Source: Styela clava (lineage: Eukaryota). Taken from it: a DNA stretch of 64,000 bases. Positions 53,625 through 63,587 of the stretch are shown here, in pieces. The position numbers and the translations under genes were made by a program. Position 1 is the stretch's first letter; each line of letters opens with the position of its first letter. The stretch spans positions 23,746,001 through 23,810,000 of the forward strand of contig NC_135257.1 of assembly GCF_964204865.1 (NCBI RefSeq). Reading direction: 5' to 3'. Under the pieces are notes generated by a model that was not told the origin of the DNA, ran no database searches, and saw only the letters and a program-made list of their open reading frames with translations.

Positions 53625-54217
53625 CAGAGATGGCCAATTCGAATAAAGTACTGATTTTCGAATGTATTCAAATATCTCGTCATTCGAATATCGAAATTAA
53701 CGGTCATAAGAATATCGGATTATTGTGTGATGTTACACATATGCGACACCGCTCTCAAAGCGCCTTCATTGAATGAAAACTTTCTCAATGGAAACTTTGA
53801 GAAAACGCATCTCACACACACTAGCACATGCGCGCTGCAAAATTATCTAAATACAAATAGTACTTTTGCCAATAAACTATTAAGGTAATATCATGGTCCC
53901 AAGGACAAAGCATTAAAGAACTCCTTTCCATGTGGCCAAATATACAAAGTATACAATTTCAATGAATTTACTTTGTCACAAGTTGCTAATATTTTTTAAT
54001 GAAAGCTATAAACTATCAAATACTTTGTTGTGTAAATATACTGTTGGTTTGTGGATTTATTCTGATATTTCTATTGGAGCTTATTTCCTATTTTACTGGA
54101 TATTAATATACAAAAAAAATGTGTATGTATGATTTTAGAATGTATTCGGAATTCCAAATTCAAATATATTACTTAGAAAGTATTCAAATAGTTTAATATT
54201 TGGAAATGACCATCCTG
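53625..54217. mobile_element. hAT MITE
   Basis: CAGAGATGGCC...GACCATCCTG; TSD GTCCGAGC/GTGCGAGC. Confidence 0.75.
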
Positions 54218-54402
54218 GTGCGAGCAATTTTGGTCATTGGACAGCCGCAAATAATTTAGATTCAGTAGTCTAAGTCATGAAACTGCAGAATGGTGTAAAA
54301 ACTGGTGTAGAATGTAAGCACATGCACACAAATGTCTGTCAAGATAAATATGAAATTCCTATCCAACTTTAAGCCCATTTCAGCATTTTCTTTGCCATAG
54401 AC

Positions 54403-55912
54403 CAGGGGTAACCAAACTTTTTTGACCGCGGGCCGGGTATGACTCAAATTGTGTTGAAACGGGCCGGATGAATATTTTTGTCAATGCAATACAATAAATT
54501 CACAAATGTTGGGAATATCGCAGAATATAGATCGAGAACATCCTGGGAAAAAAAATTAACAAGATTTCTATATCTAGACAACTATCCAGAGTTTAGCTGT
54601 TATCAAAACGTTGCTGTCATGAATTAGAAATGTTACAAAATCCGCGACAAAAAATGTACGCATCACGCTGCTAAGTACCGTTAAGCCGTGTTGAAACACC
54701 GCTCATAAAAACGACTGCCTGCTGTAGCTTGGAATTCTATGAAATTTTGACATAATTTAGATAAAATAAACAACTATTATCTGATATTTGAATTTTTTCA
54801 TTAGCGCATAAATTTCCCAACATTCGACGCTTTTAAAAATTACGCTCCAGTTATACGTAGTGCAAATTAATGATATTGTCTATGGACACCAATAAAGTTT
54901 ATATGGACGTGTGTATTTCTTGTCTAACTTGATACTTACCAATTTTTATGAAGTTCGTACAATCAGAACATCGTTAATTATTACCTACAATGAACCACTG
55001 TCAAACTATCATGCACAACACCAGCGTTTATTTGCGACGATCTTCCGGCGGTGTCAATGACCGTTGCCAGAATAAAATCCTGAAATAGTCTCAATATACC
55101 ATAGATGTGACGCACATCGAAAGATTAGTGACTGATATGTGTAATTTTTCCGTATTTAGTTCAGTTCTTATCAAAAAAGTAATACAATCATTATGGAAAA
55201 AATTGGCTGTCGGGCGGTTAGATTAGTGATTGATATGTGTTATTTTTCCATATTTAGTTCAGTTCTTAATAAAAAAGTAATACAACCATTATGAAAAAAT
55301 TGGCTGTCGGGCGGTACTAAAATTCCGATATCTCCGTTATATCTTGACCGTTTATTCCAAACTTGGTATTGTTTTCTATTTTCACTCAGATCTTTCCACT
55401 GGAGCAGTTTTTATTTAAATCGGATGAACTTCAATTTTTTTGTAACCTATCTACATGAATATCCGCATTAAAGCAGTACAAAAGTTAGTGTGGCTTTTGA
55501 AATCAAAGCAGTACGCGAGGGATTACAGTACTGTTAGCACAAAAGTTTATTTTAGCACGAAAAACAAACAGTTTCGTCGAAAGCAAGCGCCACGAGTGTA
55601 CAAGTATATCGCAGAAAACGTTACCTACTGGTAGCATTCAAAGTCGCAAAAACGAAGTTTTGTTCACAACCACGACTGAAAATCTGTCAGGGTGACAAAA
55701 GTGTCTGAGCGGATGCGGAAAGGCCTATTATTACGTAACTTTTCTGCATCTTGCCGATTGGCCTATGTTACGAAATAAATAAGGACGACGATGCTCGTGA
55801 AAATCTTCCTTGGAAAAAAATTTAGCCATTTTTGCGTGTTATTGCGGACCGGATAAAATGACGCCGCAGGCCGTATAAAATGAAGTCGCGGGCCGTAGTT
55901 TAGTGACCCCTG
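54403..55912. mobile_element. Non-autonomous hAT element with an internal ~98-bp tandem duplication (55123-55315)
   Basis: TIR CAGGGGTAACCAAAC / GTTTAGTGACCCCTG; TSD CCATAGAC/CCATAGAA. Confidence 0.85.
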
Positions 55913-56932
55913 CCATAGAATGATAGATGGGGTAAGGAATGTTTAAAACTTCACCATAGGGTGGCTTAGCCATTTTGCGGCCACGACCTATTTGCGGCCA
56001 TCAATTTCATCTATTAAATTATTGTCGAAAATAATAACGAACCACGACGATATTTCTCACACGTTATCGTCCACTAATCCCCCATAGCTCTGTGAAATTA
56101 CTCTAAAATCCCTTTAAAAAAACTTGAAAATCCATACAAATATGGGAGATAAAAAAATGAAACTTGGCAGGTGGGTAGAGTTGCGTTTCTTTTAACCATC
56201 TTCAAAGTTTTGCGTTTCTACATTTAAAGGAAAAAGAATAGGGGGGTGCACATTTCGAATACCTCGATAATATCTTCGTCTACCAATTTGCGGCCACCGT
56301 GTTTTTGTCTGTTTAATTGCTGTGATGCGGTGCTTTGTTTAGAATTTTACTAGTTATGTTCGAAATAATAGTGTTCTTGAAATATATGACGGTCAGCTTT
56401 AACCCCTGGTCGTAGAAAGGTAATTCGAGGTTTAGCGTGTAAAATAATTGCCAATGCACCCAAGGCAGCAAGGTGAAAAAAATTAACAGGTTCGAAATAC
56501 TAGTTTTTGTTTCATAGCGGTTTGAATGAAATCGTCTGCAGACTGGCTACACCATCCTACTGCAGTACCGGTACTGCCATAGGCCCAGACTGGATTCTAT
56601 GGCAGGTGCAAGCCCAACTGCTGTACTCCCAGACTCCCCGAGGGCGCTAGCGCTCCGCAAAAATGCACAAAATTTGCAATTGCTCACCAATGTAAATCGG
56701 TCTAAATGGTTTTTGAATCAATAATCCATTAATATAAAGATGCCAAAAAATTACAACTCCACAATTGTCGACTAACACTAGCTTGCAAGATTTGGCCTGA
56801 TCGAAAAGAACGTCTCCTCGCCGTCACTCTGTCTCTGGCCAGTTACGACTCTGATTCCGCATATTTTTTATACAATAAATTTACACGGATGTACTGAACA
56901 GTACCGGTACCGGTATCTAAAGTCGCACAAAC

Positions 56933-57015
56933 CATGATTAACTGAATATAGTTAGCCCGCGCATTTTTCTTCTTCGTCTTTGTCTTTGTGGGCGAACTAT
57001 ATTCAGTTAACCATG
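56933..57015. mobile_element. 83-bp P-element-like mini-MITE
   Basis: TIR CATGATTAACTGAATATAGTTAGCCC / GGGCGAACTATATTCAGTTAACCATG; TSD CACAAAC; the empty site is visible in the adjacent duplicate near 57230. Confidence 0.8.
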
Positions 57016-57375
57016 CACAAACACTGTCAAAATTAGTATAAAATAATGTTTGGGGTCAAAGGTCAAACGTCCATTTTGCTCTGTTTATCATATTTTTCAT
57101 CCATTATCTCTACGTTAAAACACTCCCAAAACTAATGACAAAGTATGTCCAATTCACTCTGATTCAACGTATTTTTTATCCAATATATTTACGCGGATGT
57201 GCTGAACAGTACCGGTACCGGTATCAAAGTCACACAAACACTCTCAAAAATAGTATAGAGGACTTGCACTGGTCACGTGACATTGTTACTGGACGGCAAT
57301 AAAACAAAAACGTCCATTTGGCTCCTGTCAGTTGCAAGTCGGATTATACGTTTGCGTTTTGTTTGGCTGTTGAAA

Positions 57376-57577
57376 ATGGTTATTTCGTTGTTCTGTTGGC
57401 TGTACGTATAGTATAGACAACGAAATGGATCTTCAGTAATATTCCACTGATTTCAAAAGATCCTGAACGTCGCGCAATGTGGATATCATCTATTGCCTAT
57501 TGGCAGAACTGCTTGGTGTCAAGTCCAGAAGCCATCTTACTTGTGTTTCACTGTTTGCGGACAGCACTTCGTTGATG
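57376..57577 (+). pseudogene. THAP zinc-finger exon remnant
   Basis: Frameshifted MV..CSVGC...KDPERRAMWISSI...TVCGQHFVD followed by a GTGAGT donor. Confidence 0.75.
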
Positions 57578-57653
57578 GTGAGTGCTAGTGTGCCGTTATC
57601 AATTTCTTTAAATATTCACAAGCTCCCTCATTTCAATGGAAAGCAGATGACAA

Positions 57654-57900
57654 ACTACTGTTATCAGTAGGCCTAGGCGTGGGCCTACTTGCAGTTGCAG
57701 ACTTGACTTGTGTAAGACAGTAAGGAATTAATAATCTAATAATCAACTACTGTTATTAGTAGGCCTAGTTGCAGACTTGACTTGTGTAAGACAGTAAGGA
57801 ATTAATCTAATAATCAACTACTGTTATTAGTAGGCCTAGGCGTGGGCCTACTTGCAGTTGCAGACTTGACTTGTGTAAGACAGTAAGGAATTAATAATCA
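57654..57900. repeat. Tandem repeat, about 3 copies of a 72-90 bp unit, in the transposon intron
   Basis: actactgttattagtaggcctag...ttgcagacttgacttgtgtaagacagtaaggaattaat repeated. Confidence 0.85.
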
Positions 57901-58489
57901 ATTGCTGTAAGGTATTGTTTCCCTAATTAGCAGGTAATCTTTTACTAAGTGTAAAAGGTTGAATAGATAACTAACGTTTAACACCAGGGGTCATGCAAAA
58001 AATAACCAGAATTAAATTGAATTCGCCATCTAGGAATACGCTCGCCACCGCATCTCTGATCACCCTGGTAGTTTCACAGGTTTCAATCCCATGCGGGGAT
58101 AGTTATGTGCTAGAGGATTGCAGCTCCACTCCCGCCGAGGGTGTTTCACATGACCGCTGATCGGTTACGACCATTCCCCACCATCCAAGTCCATGCTTCT
58201 GAAAACGAATAACTGGCTCCCCCCCAGATAAATCCTATCCTAATGGTGCTTGTACAACTGATTCAAAATGTCTTTTTATTGTCATTGGTAAAAAAGATAT
58301 GCTACCCGGAATCAAATTCATTTACGACTAGTGGCTGTGGTGGGATATGGACATAAATTTCACACTCCTTGATCGTTAGATTTTATGAAAACTCTTATCT
58401 GTATCCATTATCTTACAGATATGGGTGCGACCATGGAATAGATGGATGGCAAAGTATAAGTTGCAACAAGACCACAGTGGCACAAGACC

Positions 58490-58765
58490 TCAGCTTGCGT
58501 GACTTGATAATACATCCTCAGTATCCATTTATTGATGCTTATCGTAATGACAAAGTAACTTGTCATTACTGTGGATTGGTGGAGATAAAGTGTCCATTGT
58601 GCTTTAACGAAATCAACTTCAAGACGACCCTATCAAGAAAAAAAATTATTTCGGTGGCTCTGGTAGTTAAGGTTTCAGTCTAACGTTGGACACCGATACT
58701 ACAACCAGATACAGTTGCCAATGAAACTTAAGCGAGGCGTAATATTGCGACTTTGTGATCTGAAG
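58490..58765 (+). pseudogene. YqaJ / lambda-exonuclease (PD-(D/E)XK) remnant
   Basis: LIIHPQYPFI...VTCHYCGLVEIKCP, GHRYYNQIQ, YCDFVI* with frameshifts and stops. Confidence 0.8.
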
Positions 58766-59040
58766 AGAAATTCTGATGGGTAGCCGGCTAGCCGCAACCT
58801 TTTGTTTAAAGAATATTATTAGATACGACTTAAGAGTCTAAACTTTTATTTGAGAGGGGTGTAACCCAAGCTAATTTGCAAATAGTATTCATGGTACCAA
58901 ATGTATCACACACTTTACAGTAATTATAAATTATATTTGAAAAATAAAGCACATCAAAAATGTAATTTTAAAAAACAATTGGTTTTATATGCAGATACTA
59001 GGTTGATATTGAGATTGACCATTTCAATGCCAAATTTTCT

Positions 59041-59675
59041 TTAGTCAAAAGGCACACTTGATTCGCAAAAATTTGTGAATGCGCATTCCATAGGCAGGAG
59101 GTTGTGGATCGGTGCTGCTCAGGATGGGATATTTTTGCCTCTTACGTGTTTCACATGAATCCATCGTGCTCGGATTCGACTGTTTTCAAGGTCTGAAGGC
59201 TCCAACAGCCTTATTTTATGGGTACACAAGAGAATTTTCAGTGTGGCATGCATGGGTCAGTTGGAGTCACTAAGATATCTATAAGCAAGGATAAGATAAC
59301 CTGGAAGTAACATTCCATAATTTAGAGTAAAAAATGTATCTGCCTCCACAGCCCTTTCAAATGAAAGATGATGCCTCGGGGGTAATTTCTATCAAATATT
59401 TTACAGTATTATGGTTCTAGTGGAAAGGGGTGTAGGCGGCTTTTTTTTAAAGTGTGGTAGGTCTAGTCGAAAGACACATTAAATGTTTATGCTAACAAAT
59501 GCGAATTAATATTGCAACGCATACAAGTTAACAGAATTTGTTGAAATGGTCCTGCCTTTTGCCTTTCTTCAAAATCCTCCCTTTTTTAACTATTTTCTTT
59601 TTCTCTGGGGATGGCGAAAATTCAAATATCGATGGGACATGTAAGCAGCTGATAATGGGTTATCTTCCCTTTTTC
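59041..59675 (-). pseudogene. THAP-DDE_Tnp_4 transposase remnant
   Basis: Acceptor then GKREDNPLS..VPSIF (THAP AVPTIF box), NHNTVKYLIEITP...KGCGGR, LLPGYLILAYR, WIHVKHV, RQKYPIL, CAFTNFCESSVPFD*. Confidence 0.8.
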
Positions 59676-59954
59676 CTGAAAATAAATTAAACACTAATCA
59701 TCATTTGACAGTGCCAAGTTTGTGTATCAGATCAGTAATAAATTACCTGCTAACTAACAAAACAATCAGACAACACCTTCTGACCATTAATGAAGATTTC
59801 TTTCAATTTAAAACGCAACTATGCCTACAAATGTGGTTGGTTTTTAGGATAGAATTTATCTGTGGTCGGAGACAGATTGCAAGGTGCAACATCGTACGAT
59901 TACCATTCTATGTCGGGATTAGTTAGCCAGTTATTTGTTTTAGAAGCATGGACT

Positions 59955-60584
59955 TATAGGATGCTTGTTATCTTAAAGCAATCCTAAACAAAGCTTCGTT
60001 AAAAGCATAAACTCTCGGTTAACTAGAGTTTAAACCAGACTTCCAAATTCCCTCTGACTCAGTTAGCGCAGAGCTTAACCCAGCAGACAACGAATATAAT
60101 ACAAGTCACCAACCTTATAATTCTTGTATTGACGACACAGAGCAGAATATAGATACAAGATCAAAACCAGTGAGTTAATTTTAAAGAATTATTGTCCGTT
60201 TATATACAATAGTCGAGACGCCTGTTATGCCTTTAGGGTTTGGCTTTTACGTGGATATCGTTTATAATAAATAAAGTAAGAATGCCGTAATTAAGTCTCG
60301 GCAATTCTTGTAAAACGATTTAGAACGATGTCTGTAGCCAATTAAATAGTTAGCTATAAGTGGCAGAGTGATTAAAAACTGGCTTGTACTAGTTTGTCTT
60401 GCTCAAGGGCAAGATAACGTGTTTTTAACTAACGGGTTATTCCTATGAAAGCCAATTAAGTATTTAACGTAAATTTCATTTTTTCTACCTTTTTCAAATT
60501 CAGAAGAAATCTTGTCCTAACTGGAATTACTTTTTTTTCTTACTGTTAAAAATATGGTCTAATTAACTAATAATAATCCCTACA
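59955..60584 (-). repeat. Complete 3' LTR (630 bp)
   Basis: Starts TGTAGGG, ends CCTATA next to the TSD; TATATAAA on minus at 60199-60206. Confidence 0.85.
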
Positions 60585-60833
60585 TAATAATTCGGCCCTA
60601 AAGAACGGAGTTCGGGGTTTCGGCATAACAAACGTGTCAAAAATTGTACAGATTTCTAAAAAAATAACAAAGAGAAAAACATAAAATTGTAAGTGAAATT
60701 GAAAATATATCGTAAAATTGAAATAATAACGTCATAAATTGAGTGATTTAAAGTTATCCCTGATGATGAAATATTAATTTAAATTTAAATAACGAAAAAC
60801 ATAATAAAATGATATCAATAAACCAATTTTCTA

Positions 60834-60886
60834 TTTTTTTTTTTTTTTTTTTTTTTTTCATATTATTTTTTTTTTTTTTTTTTTTT
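60834..60886 (-). repeat. Split poly(A) tract (A21-TAATATG-A25 on minus) in the env 3' UTR
   Basis: T25 at 60834-60858 and T21 at 60866-60886; AATAAA on minus at 60893-60898. Confidence 0.9.
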
Positions 60887-60979
60887 GAAATATTTATTTA
60901 AGTGTATATTCACCAAACAAAATATGTGATACAATACAATGTAAATAAGAAAAACATGTCACCAAGAGAGGTGAAAATT

Positions 60980-62920
60980 TCAAGAAGGAAGATTGGGGTA
61001 TAGATTGGGTAGGTTATTGGAATTATGGGGGGCATGTATAGGTACAGCAGTCTCAGTGTCTTCTCTATTTGTTCTATTTACGTTTGGCAAAGGTTCTACA
61101 GGATTAAGTTCCTGAGCGGGGTTTCTAAAATTTATCCAAAATTGTCTAGCTCTGTTATATACAGGCGTTGACGAGGTTTTGAGCATTGGTATCATACGCT
61201 TTATGACGAGTATGGTCAATACAATACCCCAAAACATTCCTAAATGCCATGCTAGCATGTAGAAAGCCGACAAAATTGGATGACTGATAAATGCTAAAGC
61301 GTTTACAAAGTTGTCTTCAACTTTGTTTTTAGTTGTAGTAAATTGGTTGTTTGTATTTGTTTCGGAGGACGACTTGTGATCCAATAATATCTTTTCTTTG
61401 ATCAAGTTCAGGTGATTGATCGAAATTAGAATATTATTGAGATCTTCGAAGCCTGAGTGTCCTCCGTGGGGCATATCTTGGAATATCTTTTGATATTCCA
61501 TTGGTTTAAAGTTTTCGTTGATTTTGGTTAAAGAAGGCCTTAGAGATTGTATGTGGGCATTTGTATGAGTTAGCGTGTAATTGATATACGTATAGTATCG
61601 CCCATTGATTGCAAAAGTAAACGTTCGTCCGGAGACGAAGTTTTCAAAAAAATGTATACCTGCGTAGACATTCGTATCTGTAAATATCTGCGCAACTATG
61701 GTAACATTATTTTTGTTGAGAAACGTTACAAGTGGCCTTGTTGCATAAGTATTATTATAATATAGTGATCGTAATATAGTAACGTTTATTTGCTCACAGT
61801 GTATTTCTGTGAGGATATCCCCTACCGTTATAGCAGCATGTTTGCCTCCTAACACTTCATTTAAAATTTGACCTGGATATTGTTTACTTAGAGTTTTGTA
61901 TATTCGGGTTAGAATACTTTCCAGTTGACACTCGAGGTAATTGATGTCTGATGATATATTAACAATTACCTCGGTTACCCTGTCAGTATTTTCCTGAATA
62001 AAGCCAGTCAGAGTGCTAGAAACAGAATCTACCACTACGGAACTATACCTTAGTTTTGGGTATTTAGAATTGATGAAACCAGCAGCTTTCAATGAAGAAC
62101 ATTTGTGAGTTTCAAATAAAAGTGCATTATTTGTACAAAATGTTTTTGTATTAAAACATCTTTGAACATAAGCACCACATGAACCCCATTGGTGGATGCT
62201 GGCTCCCAATTCCGGAAAGTCTAAACGGTAAATGTCACCCGACGCATTATAATGCAATGCCATTTTCGAATTGAAATTTTTAAAAGGGGGACAATCTATT
62301 AATGGGTAATTTTTCCAAATAATTGTTTGAGTACCTACAGTACAAGATCCGGAATTAATACTGCAAGTGGATAATCCTGAAAATGGGCCTAAAAGAATAC
62401 CTTTTATATGGTCATAATAAATTGTTGTAAGAGCCAAATGTGCATTAAAAATTTTCCCAGTTGTGGTTGTTGGCCAATTATATTCGTATTTTACTTCATT
62501 ATCAGTAGACCAAGTATTTTCTGAGGTTACTTTCAAATCACCAATATTTTCAGCTTTGAGAGAATGAACCCAATCTTGACAATATAAAGAAGTTGGAGGA
62601 TCGGCCATATAAGATTTAGATTTGTCATAAATTGAACCAAAAAAGAATCTAGTTGCCTGCCATTCTGTGACAGATTTTTGGCAGACATACACTGTAATAT
62701 TAGTGTATGCTGAAGATAATTTATGTACCGTGGCATCGCAATAATCTACGCGGGTGATAGTATTTCGTTTACAATTTGGTGGTTCCGGTATGGCATATTC
62801 TGCTACGGGTACTTTTGGATCACAAAAATTCACTGACACTGTTGGGCTAGGGGAGTTAAAAGGAAAAGCATAAGAATATATACATACATTTACGAGAAAA
62901 CTAATAATAAGCGTAATCAT
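60980..62920 (-). CDS. env: Env-like class III fusion glycoprotein (herpesvirus gB / rhabdovirus G / chuvirus G-like), 646 aa
   Basis: Intact intronless ORF with a signal peptide, Cys-rich ectodomain, at least 7 N-glycosylation sequons and a C-terminal TM ([30 protein letters not shown]). gB-like motifs: [44 protein letters not shown]. Lies between the pol end and the 3' LTR. Confidence 0.9.
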   Translation of the reverse strand: [646 protein letters not shown]

Positions 62921-63425
62921 GCTGGCGGTTGTGGCGTGTCGTTCTGCCGGAACGCGTTGTTGTTGGCGGTTCAGGCCTGTTTAAAAACAATAACGCTGTT
63001 TCAGTATTCGGCTCAGTTGGTATTTCTAGTTCTGTTTCGATATGCGCCGGTTTTATTCTATCTATACTAACAGTTTGAGGATTACCATTAATATCTATTT
63101 TATAGTACTTTGCATGTTTTTCTAACACTTGGAATGGACCAATATAAGGCGGTATCAAAGGTTTTTTAACTGCATCAACACGTAAAAATACATGTGTGCA
63201 ATCCTTTAATTCTTTAAATATGAAGGTTTTTCTATTTTCTGGTATTCTTGGGTTTGTTGGTTTTAAGTCTTGGACGAATTGTCTAAGACGCGCTATAAAT
63301 TCATTAGGTGATTCTAAGTCCAGGTTTATATTGTTTGAAAAAAAATCCCCAGGTAAACGTAAGGATGATCCGTATACTAATTTCGCCGAGGATAAACTTA
63401 AATCTAATTTTATTGCCGTACGTAT
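62901..63425 (-). pseudogene. 5'-truncated gypsy pol: integrase C-terminus with GPY/F module
   Basis: Open frame IRTAIKLDLSLSSAKLVYGSSLRLPGDFF...THVFLRVDAVKKPLIPPYIGPFQVL...VSIDRIKPA...TRSGR; resembles CsRN1/Kabuki-type integrases; fused directly to the LTR fragment. Confidence 0.9.
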
Positions 63426-63426
63426 C

Positions 63427-63587
63427 TTTAACTAACGGGTTATTCCTATGAAAGCCAATTAAGTATTTAACGTAAATTTCATTTTTTCTACCTTTTTCAA
63501 ATTCAGAAGAAATCTTGTCCTAACTGGAATTACTTTTTTTTCTTACTGTTAAAAATATGGTCTAATTAACTAATAATAATCCCTACA
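63427..63587 (-). repeat. Truncated 5' LTR (first 161 bp only)
   Basis: Identical by eye to 60424-60584. Confidence 0.92.

Larger units (their letters stand above)
59955..63587 (-). mobile_element. Internally deleted Ty3/gypsy LTR retroelement carrying an intact env
   Basis: Minus-strand termini TGTAGGGAT...ATCCTATA. TSD GACT at 59951-59954 and 63588-63591 (GACTT, 5 bp, also fits). A 161-bp LTR segment is identical at 60424-60584 and 63427-63587. Contains the integrase C-terminus and env. Confidence 0.93.

Noticed and set aside
55955-56300. Probable DNA-transposon end with repeated TTTGCGGCCAC
   Set aside because: No matching opposite terminus or TSD found in the window.
57654-57900. CRISPR-like repeat array
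   Set aside because: Units are contiguous tandem copies without unique spacers; eukaryotic context and no cas genes.
60980-62920. Integrated herpesvirus or contaminating viral contig
   Set aside because: No other herpes genes; the ORF is bounded by gypsy integrase, LTRs and a TSD inside host repeats.
59955-63587. Retrotransposed spliced (subgenomic) env mRNA as the origin of the gag-pol-less structure
   Set aside because: The deletion starts inside the 5' LTR upstream of its TATA and removes the PBS; a reverse-transcribed spliced RNA would regenerate two full LTRs.
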